From NCBI GenBank assembly GCA_047967505.1, contig CM106538.1: a stretch of DNA of 64,000 nucleotides. One strand, written 5' to 3'. Below, piece by piece: positions 52,247-64,000 of the stretch. The number at the start of each line of letters is the position of its first letter. Within the stretch, counting starts at the first letter, position 1. Origin of the DNA: Dipteris shenzhenensis. Its lineage: Eukaryota. The notes under the pieces are model-generated. The model was given only the letters and a program-made list of their open reading frames with translations. It made no database searches and was not told the DNA's origin. Position numbers and translations under genes: made by a program.

Positions 52247-55200
52247 TGGGGGTCTTGGTGGTTGAGGCTTTGGTTCGTGTGTATTCGATTCCTAGGAATC
52301 ACTTTGGATGAGTCAATTTTGCTCTTTGGCATTGTTGCTACAAAGTCTCTCTCTCTCTCTCTCTCTCTCAATTTATTTGAGCTTTTTAAAAGTGCATCAC
52401 TCTTAGTTTTGAGTCCTCAAGAATAAGTTATAGACGTTTTTAATATTAAAAGATCCATAAAAGAAGCTAGTCAAACCAGAATATTACAAAAAAACAAAAA
52501 TGTTAAATCAAGCATTAGCTGTCCATTTTTCTAAGAAACACATTTATCTTCTTTTATATCAAGATGCTCGTGTAGTTGATCTTTTGAGCAGAACAACTCT
52601 CTAAATTATAGAAGTCAATGGGGTCACCTCAAAATATTTATCCATTTTTTGCATGCTAACTTGTTAAAATATAAGAAGCCATTGACTTATATTCTTTTTA
52701 CAACACACCCAAAGCAAAATGACAATTTTAGACAAAACAATGAGTATAGCTTGGCCTAATTTTTTAAGAATATTTTTTATGCATCGTAATTTAAACAATT
52801 AACTAGTTCCATACTTTATGTATTATGAAGTGATTACGTTCAAGAGTCAACTTTATATTCTTAAGTTGGAGAGAGACATATTTTCCTAGTAATATCCACT
52901 ATAAATGACCTTGAAAAGGATATGTCACACTACAAGGAAGCATCATGATCCTTCTGTAGTTGAAGAAGAAGAAGAAGAAGAAGAAGAAGAAGGCAATATC
53001 ACGATTTGAACCCATGCAATAAGCACATGCACATTTTGCCATTGAAGATATTGGGAGAAGGGAACAATGAAATTTTCATAGTTCAACATTTATAAGGTAG
53101 AGGTGCTTAGTAAGTGGTGCACTTCATGAACCTTACCACAATGCCCCCCTCCTCGGATTTTACTAAGCTAGCAACACTCAATTTATTAAGATTATCCTTT
53201 TGTAACTTAATTAATAAGGCAATGTCGGCAATGCCATTCGCAATGAAGAGTTACATCCTTTTTGGCTTCTTACTTTGCCCCATATGGATAACGATTAATA
53301 TTAGCTAGAATTTAAGGCCACTTCTTAGATGAATATTTGTGGATTTAGCATTACTAGAACATGGCCATCACACGCATGCCTCCCATATCTTCATGATTTA
53401 TAACATTGAAGTCCAATATGTACATGCCATTCTACTGGGCTCTCTATGGATGAACACTTGGATGAGTAGGGAATCGATGTGAGGTGGCTATTACTAGGAG
53501 GACACCAGTGAAAATAGTGATTGGTCGTCAGTTTCATTGGTGTTGACCACCTCGCTTTGATTATCGGTTGTTAATGGCTTGGGGAGGTGGTTTGATATGT
53601 GGTGATCATCCAAGGACCTCATTGGCAAATTGAACGTTTGAGAAGCAGTGTGATTCATGCACTGTTGGATCACATGGTTTAGATGTATGGTGGAAAAGAA
53701 GTGACTTGTGTAGGCTTTTGATGTTGTTAAGGTTTGATGGGCAAGATTGGATTCATCTAATGGCCTCAATTAAGTGTAGCTTGTGAGCCTTTGATCAAAG
53801 GTGGTGTATTCGGCATTTATTACGGTCATGATCTCAAGATACCATATGTAGTTGATCATGATCTCAAGACCCTAGGGAAATGCTCGCATGGGAGAGAAAA
53901 AAAATGGTAAGCGGCAAAAGTTGCGAGCCATTTTTTTGTCAGAAATTTTAACTGCGAAGCATTTCGTTGGTGTCGAGGGCCTACGGGAGGTCCATTTGCA
54001 TCGATTTTAACTTGTAATAATCGAACACATGAGCATTTCGAAATCTTCTCAGCTTGAAAGCGACGTCCCTGGCTTCTTAGCTTGAAGACGACATGTAGCT
54101 CAATCGATTGCAATCTTCCGTAGAGCGGAAGGACCTGAGATGGCACGGTGGATATTAAATTATATCCAGCCAAGGCCGTTGACGACTACATTACCACGAT
54201 GAAGGTTGTGAGATGGGATGGTGAGGAATTCTCCTCCGGAGAACCTAGCCAAGTTGAGTAACATTGTCGAGGAGTGTTTGCTAGGTGCGAGTTGGTGTAT
54301 GGAAGCTCTTAGGGAAATGAGAATTCCCCCAAAAAAAAAGGTGAGGCTTGCCGCGAGCCATAATTTTTTTGAGAATTCCGGGAGCGTTGCGATTCATCTT
54401 CTGTGTGGGCACGGCGAGGGTTGGTTTTCAGTCGACCTTGGACCTTGAAGGTCAAGAGTTAACCTTAACTTGGAGTGTGGAAATTGACAAAGGAGAATCC
54501 AATTCTGTAAAAGTATACCATACTTAGCAAAAGGCACTGCTAATAAAAATGTGACGACTGTGCGAATGAAATGCGATGGTCCTCCGTGTTGTGCGTTGCC
54601 TAGCAGCTGTTTGTTTTTTTGGAGGACGAGGTAGCTCCTGGAGGAGGTGATTTCTTGTGCATTCGCGCCCCAAACAGATGATGGCCTATCATCTCACACA
54701 CATCTCTCTCCATGTTTCAGAGCAAGAGCTTGCATAAAAAAGCAACGTAGGTACACAGAGAGCGAGCAAGAGATAGCCAAAAAGCAACGCACGAGATCAT
54801 GAGACAGAGAGAGAGAGAGACACACACACGCACACCCCACAGAGCTTCGTGTAGCTGAAGCTGTGAGCTCTGTGTAGTTGAAGCTCTGCGCTGAGAGAGA
54901 GAGAGAGAGAGAGAGAGCGCGCACGAGCTGTCATAGAAGCAAGAGATACCCAAAAAGCAATGTAGGAGATGATGAGATCGAGAGAGAGAGAGACACACAC
55001 ACACACATACACACAGAGCTCAGACTCTCCGAGTAGGTGAAGCTCTGAGCTCTGTCCTGTATCTGAAGCTCTCTTTCACAGGAAAAGAGAAATCGGCTAT
55101 TGTTGATTTATCATCGTCGTCGTCACATCTTTCTTGCTGATCACACATACATCCTTCGCATTCACGGTCGTTACCCCCTTGGGACATTCAAATTTGCTTC

Positions 55201-55943
55201 ATGGTTGTGCCATTTTCTTCTCGCCCTGCCTGATGAGCAGCAGCAGGTGAGACACAGACCCTTTCAAGGAGGCCAACTGCTGGCGTACGCAGTCGTTTAC
55301 GACGGGAAGAAACTACTTTTCGCACAAAATCGTTGTCCACTTTGAGACATATCGCGCAGGACGACTGAAGACCACAGAGAAAGAAAGAGAGTCATTGTGG
55401 TCTTCGTCCAAATGCTTGGTTCTTGCCCCTGGTTTTCCTCGTCCACTGCATCTTCTTGAAAGGTTCTCCATCTCCATAGCCTATTGCACTGCCGCCTGCC
55501 TTCCATCCAAGCTCCAGTGAACGAATCGCCAGATCTGCCGCAGTCACGGCGCTTGGATTTCAGCCTCTGTTTGTCCGTCCTCATCGCCATTTCCTCTCCA
55601 TGCCCAATTAAATAGCGCGCATCCCCGTCTTACTTGCTCGTCGATGCTTGTTGCATCCCTTGCCCCTCCACATTCGCATGCCTTCTACGTAGATAGTCTG
55701 ATTCGGCACCTCGATTTGATCCCGCCATATCCAAAATGAGCCGGCTCTGGAGCCTTTTCTCCTTCCGTGGCTCCTCACATCCAGATGCAGCCGCGCATGC
55801 AGCCGCTCCCTTCGCGTATTGCTAGCTGGCCTCGATTGCGATGCTTCCCTGCTTTGATTGAAGCGAACTGCTTTCCCTCCTCCTGCTCTTGGCCTGCTGC
55901 CGTTGGGCTTTAAATCGCCCTTTCCGGCAGATGTTGCTTTCTC

Positions 55944-57941
55944 ATGGAGGCGACCCTCGAAGAACTAATGCTCCAGCCTCTCAAGCTGATCGAAGACACA
56001 AAAAGAGCAATCCGCGAGGCGGATTCCTCCAAAGTGGAATGCCAGGAGCTGGGCACGCAAGTTGAAACGCTTGCCAAATCTCTTCGAGACATAATTCGTC
56101 TGGTCAAGCATGGGAACGCCTGTTTTTGCGAGCGCTCGATGAGTCGGATCATGGAGGATGTTTCGAAGGTGTTGGAGAAGTGCTGCGCTCTGTTAAGGCG
56201 ATGCAAGAAAGGTGGCATCCTCAGGAGAGTGATTGCAATCACCTCGGCCACTGATTTTCGCAGGGCGAGCAGCTCCATTGACAGCGCCTTGGCGAATGTT
56301 AACTGGATTTTGACTGTTGCCACCGATGAGGACGCGGGGGTGCCCGGAATGCCCCCCATCGCCAGCGCTGTTCCCGTTCTTGCTGTTGTATGGGCGATGC
56401 TTGCAAAGCTCCAGGGAGGCACTCCAAAGGCTAGAGAGGGGGCAGCAAGTTACTTTGTATCTCTGGCATCTGCCAGCGACCAAAATGGTGAGTTGATCAT
56501 CGCGGAGGGGGGTGTTCCTCAACTATTGCGGCTCCTCAAGGACGGGACTCTGGACGCCCAGCTTCTGGCCGCAACTGTACTAGGTAAATTGGCCGTTCGT
56601 CAGCAACGTGTGCAGCGAATCGTAGAGGCGGGTGTTATCCCCGCATTTGTGCATATACTCGCAGACGGTCCAATGGTGGTGCAGGCCAAAGTTGCCTGGG
56701 CGCTGGCCGAAATGGTCTCCCACGATCCACATACGCAGAGCGAATTCGGTTCTGCAAATGCAATCAAGCTCTTGGTCGTCCGCATGCTAGAAACCATGGA
56801 TGATTTGTTTCCCGACCCTCCCGTCAAAGCGTCATCCTTGCAGTCCGTAGTGAGAACAAGCTTGGCCACTCAAAGGTCCGGGATGGATTACAATGGTGGC
56901 GGAATAGGCACATTTGGAACCAGCATTGAGCATCGAGCTGGACTGCGAAAGTCTGATGGTGGGATTGGGTGGGAAGCAATACGGAAGAATAAGGAAACGG
57001 CAAACGCAGGTCTGGCTGATGGAAATCCAGATAAAAGCCACCCCAATTACAAGGGCAAGCACATCAGAAGTGCTAGCGATTCTCTCTGTATTGGCATGAC
57101 AACACGGGACATCAACCGAAGAGAGAGGGGCAAACAACCTCCTGAAGTCAAGATCGACCTCAAGACGCAGGTAACAAGAGCCCTGTGGTTGCTGGCTCGG
57201 GATAATGCCATGAACAGCAGAATGATTACAGATACAAAGGCAGTGCTGGGATTTGCAAAGCTTATGGAAACGGAGCAAGGGGATGTGCAGAGGAACGTGA
57301 TCATGGCAGTGATGGAGCTTGCACTGGTCGCAGGAAAAGATGCAGACCTAAGAAGGCTTGCATTTAAGCCGACCTCTCCAGCAGCCAAGGCAGTGGTGGA
57401 TCAACTTCTCATAATTATCAAAGATCCATCAGGGGACCCTAACCTTCAGGAGTCCTGCATCAGGGCAATCGGATGCTTGGCTAGAACATTCCCTGCAAAG
57501 GAGAATAAGGTGATCAAATGTCTTGTCATGAAGCTTTGCTATAGCGATCAAAATTATCTTCCTGTTGCTGCTGAGGCAGTCACAGCTTTACTGAAGTTTG
57601 TGGATGATGATAATTATTTGCGTGTGGAGCACTCACGCACTATTGTAGAGGTCCCGGCCCTCCCATATCTGGTGCAGTTGGCTGCATTGGAGAAACATAA
57701 GAGTGTGCAGGCTCCTGCTCTCATGCTCCTTTCTCAATTGGCATTGCTTGTGGGTGATTCAAATGAGAACTCATTCCAAGAAGCAGCCGCTTTGAGTGTG
57801 CTGAAATCTGTGGCACCTTCATCTTCCACCTTCAACCAACTCACACAGACATCCATGGAAGAACTCGTCATTCCTGCCATCCTGCATCTTCAATTTTGTC
57901 AGGCAGGAGGAGACTCCCATCCTCATAGACATCATCATTGA
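55944..57941 (+). CDS. ARO: ARMADILLO REPEAT ONLY (ARO)-family protein, 665 aa, single coding exon
   Basis: Intact ORF. The N-terminal domain (P..L....ECQEL..ERSMSRI..GILRRVIAI..GMPPIA..PVLAVVW), the ARM repeats (LIIAEGGVPQLLRLLKDG) and the C-terminal RRLAFKPTSPAAKAVVDQLL / IRAIGCLARTF match plant ARO proteins as I recall them. Confidence 0.9.
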   Translation: MEATLEELMLQPLKLIEDTKRAIREADSSKVECQELGTQVETLAKSLRDIIRLVKHGNACFCERSMSRIMEDVSKVLEKCCALLRRCKKGGILRRVIAITSATDFRRASSSIDSALANVNWILTVATDEDAGVPGMPPIASAVPVLAVVWAMLAKLQGGTPKAREGAASYFVSLASASDQNGELIIAEGGVPQLLRLLKDGTLDAQLLAATVLGKLAVRQQRVQRIVEAGVIPAFVHILADGPMVVQAKVAWALAEMVSHDPHTQSEFGSANAIKLLVVRMLETMDDLFPDPPVKASSLQSVVRTSLATQRSGMDYNGGGIGTFGTSIEHRAGLRKSDGGIGWEAIRKNKETANAGLADGNPDKSHPNYKGKHIRSASDSLCIGMTTRDINRRERGKQPPEVKIDLKTQVTRALWLLARDNAMNSRMITDTKAVLGFAKLMETEQGDVQRNVIMAVMELALVAGKDADLRRLAFKPTSPAAKAVVDQLLIIIKDPSGDPNLQESCIRAIGCLARTFPAKENKVIKCLVMKLCYSDQNYLPVAAEAVTALLKFVDDDNYLRVEHSRTIVEVPALPYLVQLAALEKHKSVQAPALMLLSQLALLVGDSNENSFQEAAALSVLKSVAPSSSTFNQLTQTSMEELVIPAILHLQFCQAGGDSHPHRHHH

Positions 57942-58895
57942 TTCTCCGTTGTGCCACATAGCTGCTGCATGCAATACTACTTTGCCACTACAAAGGATGC
58001 ACTCTTCTTTAAGCTCTTTGAGGCGAGCGAGGAGCCTGCCATTCTCAGGCCAAGTAGGAGTTCTGAACATTTCAATGTAATGGACACCTATACTGATGTC
58101 CAGCATCCTTTTGAAAATTGTATGATTCTGCTACAATGGATTTGAAGTACTGAACTGATACATCATGCAATAGTAATTAATCATGAGCTTACTAAACATT
58201 GGTTGCTGTCCCCATTTTTGGGCATGATGCAAATATCTTTTGAGACCGTTTCCCATGATAAAGGAAGCAAGCAGCGTTCCTAATGTAAAAGCTTGGATAG
58301 TTCGTTGTAGTTTCTCTCTCTCAGCCTCAGCTTGTCTGCCCTAGCTGCAGCTTGCAGCACGCCTGCCCTTCTCTCTCCTGGCTGAGCATATCTCCATTGC
58401 CCAGTTTAGGGGTTAGACTAAGACATGGAGATGTAGATATAGTACTGATGAGAACATAAGTGTAGTTTGCTTATTCATTTTTTCATTTTTCTCATAATCT
58501 GTCTAAAGTCGCTTACAAACTCCCTTCTTTCCTTTGTTCTTTTGCTTGTATAAAAAAGTTAAATTTCTAAGTTTGGATATATTCCAGTCTTATGAAGGTA
58601 TATATAGATGCCCTTCCCTGCCACTGCTGCCATGGTTGCAGCCATAGCTATGGATGAACCTTCACAGACGATGAACTGTTGCTGCCCTCAAAGACAAACT
58701 CTTGCTGACTGCCATAGCTAGGTGAAATATCCACAGCCTTGAATCAGGTGAATCAGGCGCGGATCAGGTGCAGACAATGACAAACAAGCCTCTCCCTACT
58801 CCCAACAGCCTTGCATCAATAGCTGACTCGTTCTCTTAACATCAGCGCTTTGTCTTTTTTAGGATAACCTAACATCAAAAGAAGACCCCCTGTGT

Positions 58896-59474
58896 TGTCA
58901 CATGCACCAGGGTCAAGCCCAGGTTGCAGTGACAACTGGCTGCGCTCCCTACGCAGCATATTTGGCAGGTTTTGGGGCCTCCAAATGGCAGCAACATGGA
59001 TGGAAAGTGGGCTGGGGGAGGTGCCTTTTATAGGCAGCCTCACACCCCTCCAGGTTGGCCCCTACGGCTGAGCAAACAGCCCCACCAGCCCAGCAACCAG
59101 GCGACTGGCTGGTCGGCCGGTTAGGGCTGGCTGGGTCGGCCAAAACAGGACCTTCCAGTCCCTATATAAGGAGGGCTTTGCCCTCATTTCAGCACTCAGC
59201 CCTCAGCCTCCAGCAGCACTTTCAGCCATCCTATGGTCGAGGTTTTGGTGTCCTGGATCAGCCACATAGCTCCATCTCCTCATGTTGCAGTTAGGGGAGT
59301 AGTTCAGCTCAGTTTTTGGGCACACCATGTACAACGGTATGTCAGGGCATTTACACCATCAGTATAAATAAACCAGTGTACTATATAGTTAGGAAGATAT
59401 CTGGTGTATGTCATGCTTGAATTCTTCCTTGTATGTTCATGTAATTTCTGCACAGCTAGTCGTTGCATGGTACA
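58896..59474 (+). mobile_element. Solo LTR (family B) downstream of ARO
   Basis: Termini TGTCACATGCA...TGCATGGTACA; TSD TGTGT at 58891-58895 and 59475-59479; CTATATAAGG at ~59162; the empty site is present in the duplicate copy (~61270). Confidence 0.93.
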
Positions 59475-59949
59475 TGTGTGAAGCATGGAGACCTCTGGGA
59501 AGGGATCAGAGAAAACTGGAGGGAAGATCGTATACACAGCGGCCATCTCTTGGCCACTCAACAGCAAGTCAATATTTTTTGCAGCAAGAGAACGAAGGAG
59601 CTGAAGGTGAGGTTTCAACGGCTTGAGACAAGGCTCACGATATGGAAAACAGGGAGAAGCAAGGCACCCCTCCCTTCCCCCCCTTCACCCCCCCTCCTTC
59701 TTCCCCTCCTCCCCTCCCCTCCCTTCCCTAATCTTTCTCCAGCTAGAGTGCGGCTTCATCGTCACAGTCCTAGCCTAGCCCTTCGCTGGTTCAGGGCATG
59801 GCTCCTACAGTGCTGGCACCGGGGACTCCCATTTTTTGTGTCTCCAGGACTGAGGTCTCACCCAGCACAGCCCGTCCTGTGAGAATTGTGGCCTTGGAAC
59901 TATCTTGGCATTCTAGATGACCATCCCATTGCATTGGAGATGCCAGTCT

Positions 59950-61469
59950 TGATCAAATGTCTTGTCACGAAGCTTTGCTACAGCGATCAAAATTATCTCC
60001 CTGTTGCAGCTGAGGCAGTTACAGCCTTACTGAACTTTGTCGATAATGATAATTGTCTGCATCTGGAGCACTACCGCACTGTTGTACAGGTGCCAGCCCT
60101 CTCATATCTGGTGCAGTTGGCTGCATTGGAGAAACATAAGAGCACGCAGGCTCCTGTTCTCATGCTCCTTCTCAATTTGCAGTGAGTGTGATGAAATCTG
60201 TAGCATCATCATCTTCCATCTTAAACCAACTCGCACAGACATTCATGGAAGAACTCATGGTTCCTGCCATTCTGCATCTTCAATTTTGTCAGGCATGAGG
60301 AGACTCCCATCCTCAGAGACATCAGCATTGATTCTCTGTAGTGCCACATAACTGATGCATGCAATATAACTTTGCCACTACAAAGGATGCACTCTTGTTT
60401 ATTCTCTTCGAGGCGAGCAAGGAGCCTGCCATTCTCAGGCCAAGTAGGAGTTCTGAGTGTTTTGTGGTAATGGATATCTATATTGATGTCCAGCATGCTT
60501 TTGAAAATTGTATTACTTTGCTAGGATGGTTTTGAAGTACTGAGATCTTCCTTTATCCTTCATGTAATAAAAATTGATCATGAGCTTAGGAACTTCGATT
60601 ATTATCCCCATTTTTGGGCATGATGTATCCATATCTTTTGAGGCTGTATCTCATGATAAAGGAAGCAAGCAGCATTCCTAAGGTAAAAGCTTTGATATTT
60701 GAGACAGTTCTTTGTATTCAGTGTCCTGCAATCTTTACAAACCGTAGGAGAGTTGACGCCGTTAAATAATGTATAACATGATGTATCGTTAATGCATGTA
60801 TCACTTGCATTGTGTAACAGCCAACTGGCGATTTTATGAGCATGACTCTCTCTCTCTCTCTCTCTCTCTCAGGTTGTCTGCCCTAGCTGCAGCTTGCACG
60901 ATGTCTGCCTCTCTCTCTCCTGGCTGAGCATATCTCCATTGCTCAGTTTAGGGGCTCGACTAAGAAATGGAGATATAATATAGATGCCCTTCCCTACTAC
61001 TGCTGCCATGGTTGCGGCCATAGATACAGATAATGATGAACAAACCTCCACAGACGATGAACTGTTGCTGCCCTCAATGACGGACTGTTACTGACTGCCA
61101 TATCTAGGTACCTGTCCACAGCCTTGAATCAGGTGGATCAGGCGCGAATCAGGTGCAGACAATGACAAACAAGACTCTCCCTAATCCCCACAGCCTCGCA
61201 TTGTTAGCTGACTTGCTCCTCCATCACTAACGCCTCTTCATGAGGATAACCTGCCATTAGAAGAAGACCCCGTGTGAAGCATGGAGACCCATGAGAAGGC
61301 ATCAGAGAAACTCAAGGCAAGATCTTACTTAGGGGCCATCTCTCCGCCACTCAGTCTTAAACGGCAAGTCAATATTTTTGCAGCAAGAGAATCAGGAGCT
61401 GAAGGTGAGGCTGCAATAGATTGAGACAAGGCTCACTAATATGGAAAAAAGAGAGAAGCAAGGCACCCC
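59950..61469 (+). pseudogene. Partial tandem duplicate of the ARO 3' CDS, 3' UTR and downstream flank (copy of 57512-59669)
   Basis: IKCLVTKLCYSDQNYLPVAAEAVTALL..., with a deletion and frameshifts; colinear similarity continues to aaggcaccc at 59669/61469. Confidence 0.92.
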
Positions 61470-61629
61470 ACAGAAGGTACTACATGAATAAATTGCTTCG
61501 AAACCTCATGAGTTTGTTGTCTCTTCCATCAATATCATCAAATAGAGAAAGTACAATCCACGGGGGCTTATCTGAGGGATGGTATTAGAATGGAGACACA
61601 TTTGATGTGACCTTGACTGACCAGAGGAC

Positions 61630-64000
61630 TGTAAAGGGAGGGTCAAATACTCACTCTTTACAGGAGTGCCAATAGGAGGTCAACATCTCCTGATGTCACC
61701 TTAGAGAGAGAGGGCCTTGCTTGTGGGTGTGCCCGCCAAGTGAGAGGCTAGGGTAGATGAGTGAAGGCCTGTGTTGTGGGTGTGCCTGCCCCCTGTGAGG
61801 ATAGGTAGTCGCCTCATGTTGGCCCGTGCTCATGCCATAGTACCTGGCCATGGAGGTGCCCGGAGGTGCCCTTCTGTGCAGGCTGCTCATTTGGTTGGGC
61901 AGAGGGAGTCAGCTCCCAGATCTGCAGAGGGCTGACTGCCAGCCCCGTATATAGAGCAGAGGGGGTCAGCCATAGGCCCCTTACTAGTCAGCCCTGGTGT
62001 GGGGAGCTGTAGGGCTGTACCAGCCCCTCTTATAGGGCTGTGGGAAGCCCTAGAGGTGGGTCGGCCCACCTGCCTGGTCGGCCCAGTTACAGCAGTGGGG
62101 TCGGGACTCGGCCCGTCATGAGCTGCTGGTCGGTGCCCCCATATGCTGGCCGACTAGGGGGGGGGGCTGGGCTATATATATGTCTCCCCTCTCTCCTCAT
62201 TTCTTATCTTGTGGAGCAGCAGATTAGCTCATTCCAGGGCCTGGCAGAGGAGCAGAGCCAGCCCAGTCTTGCACCTGTGGAGCAGTTCATCCACTCCCTT
62301 GTGCTCCCTTCCACTTGGTTGTTGAGCTGTGTGTTTTGAGCTCTCGAGCAGCCTGCTGTTTCCATGGTTTTCCCCCAGATGTAGCGGGGTTTTCTCCAGA
62401 GATCACTTGCAGTTCTCTTGTGACTTCCTCTCTCCTTTCCCTCCTTCTCAGTGTGTGTGTGTGAGGCGTGCTATCTCTCTCTATCTCTCTTCTGTTCATT
62501 TCCGCTGCACTTCTCACATGGTATCAGAGGCACGGTTGGCTTGAGACCCGATGGACGGAGGGAGTGTTGAGCCAACACACAGAGAGGAGGATTAGGGTGC
62601 TGTTTGGAGGTGTCTTTGAGGAGGAGCATATTTGAGGAGTGGACTGTTCGGGTGACCAGCAAAGAGGTTACTTTGAAGGGTGTTTTCAGATCAGAGAGGA
62701 GGTGTTTCCAAGGGACGGAAAGCGAGGTGTGAAGGTATATTGGGCTGTCAGCCCCTTCATCCTCTTCTTCCGCCTTCTCCTTTCTTCAACCCTCAGATCC
62801 CTTCCGTCCCATCGACCTATTTCAGTTCATCGTCCTCTTCACTCCGACATGGCGACTTTGTCCGAGATAGCAGAGAACAAGACTACAATTCCAGTGTTAC
62901 CCACGTTCCCAGTTGACCGGCAGTTGGATGGGCTCAATCACGGCATTTGGCGGGTGATGATGGAATCTGTGTTACAGTCATACGACATGGTAGATTTCGT
63001 CTTGATAGGTGTTGCCGACCAGATTCCTTGGCAGAGGACCTTGGCATCTTGGCTCGGAAGGAGGCCGAGTCTCTATCCTAGTTGTGGGACCGTGTTAATG
63101 CCATGGTAAGATCATTCATCTTTCTTAATTGTACTCCTTAGGTGATTAATCATGTGAAGCACATGACAGTGGCCAAAAGTATATGGGAGCATTTGGCGTC
63201 CACGTATAACCGAACCTCTCCCATGAAGTGGGTTTCATTGGAGGTCTAGATGAGGTTGTTGGATCCCAAGAAATCTTCATCGATGCGGGAACACATCAAC
63301 AAGTTAGAGGAACTTCAGTAGGAGATCCTCCATGATTTCATCAGTGGACATGTCATAACTTTCTTGTCCCAGTTATCCTCTCAGTACGGGGCTATCTATT
63401 CATGCCTGATCACCAGTGGTAGGGTGAATGAGTTGACGTGGGAGGAATTGGTCCCCATGGTGCTTGACCAGGAGGAGCGCTTCGTCGATCGTACCAATGA
63501 CAGTCAGCAGCCTGAGGCTTTGACAGCTGATCAAAAAGGAAGAAAGCAGTTGACAGCTGGGGAATGAGAAGCTCTCAAGGCATCCCGTACATGTAACCGA
63601 TGTGGTCAGAAAGGTCATTATTGGCATTAGTGTCCCCAAAGGAACGTAGAGGGGTCCAATAACCAGGTAGCCAATGTGATTGCTACGACCGCGATTACTC
63701 CAGCCTTTTAGTAGCACTTGGCAGGAGCTGCCAGCAGGCTTTCTGGATTCAGATGGAGGATTGCTTGCTTGTTTGTGGCAGCTGGACCTGCCGATCAGGT
63801 GTATCGAGTAGGGAGTCATATATCGACGTTAAGGCTTTCAGGCGGACCTCAAGCCATGAAGAGTTGTTCCCGCTGATTCAGGTGGTAGTATGTTACCAGA
63901 TTATATTTTGTTTAGACGTTATGACCTAGTAGATCCAGAGGGGGTCTCCTAGTGTTTTGCTGCAGCTATTGTCTGATGCTGCTGGAGATCCGGATGGGTC
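61630..64000 (+). mobile_element. Ty1/Copia element 5' end (LTR, PBS, decayed gag), running off the window
   Basis: LTR ends ..CTCACA at 62518; PBS TGGTATCAGAG at 62519-62529; gag LDGLNHGIWRVMMESVL and knuckle CNRCGQKGH. The LTR start is uncertain (61606 or 61630). Confidence 0.8.

Noticed and set aside
52120-52371. ER-repeat ORF
   Set aside because: Translation of a CT microsatellite.
50560-54450. AT-rich region with short duplications (e.g. 50940-51090) and possible DNA transposon debris
   Set aside because: No transposase motif, terminal inverted repeat pair or TSD could be established.
55247-55930. Possible 5' UTR intron of ARO (CAG|GTGAGA ... ccggcAG)
   Set aside because: Plausible but cannot be supported without transcripts; the first site could equally be an acceptor.
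55910-57388. Antisense ORFs overlapping ARO
   Set aside because: Shadow frames of a GC-rich CDS.

Overview
Eukaryotic nuclear DNA from a land plant; a fern or other non-flowering lineage is my inference from the LINE type and the intron size. Most of the window is nested, decayed retrotransposons. Two host genes are supported. (1) A minus-strand NDUFS4/FRO1-like complex I subunit: exons 1-3 lie at 24.3-22.5 kb, and a 30-nt exon 4 lies at 1376-1405 beyond a 21-kb intron packed with a four-level retrotransposon nest; the last exon is off-window. (2) An intact single-ORF ARMADILLO REPEAT ONLY (ARO)-type gene at 55944-57941, followed by a partial tandem duplicate of its 3' end. Several LTR elements and solo LTRs can be delimited exactly by TG..CA termini and 5-bp target-site duplications (TSDs). 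The most unusual signal is a decayed plus-strand ORF (about 28.4-29.9 kb plus 44.5-45.4 kb), split by a 14.6-kb retroelement nest. It has ParB/DGQHR-like motifs at the N-terminus and a segment resembling the C-terminus of beta-class DNA amino-methyltransferases. That assignment comes from reading motifs by eye and needs profile searches.
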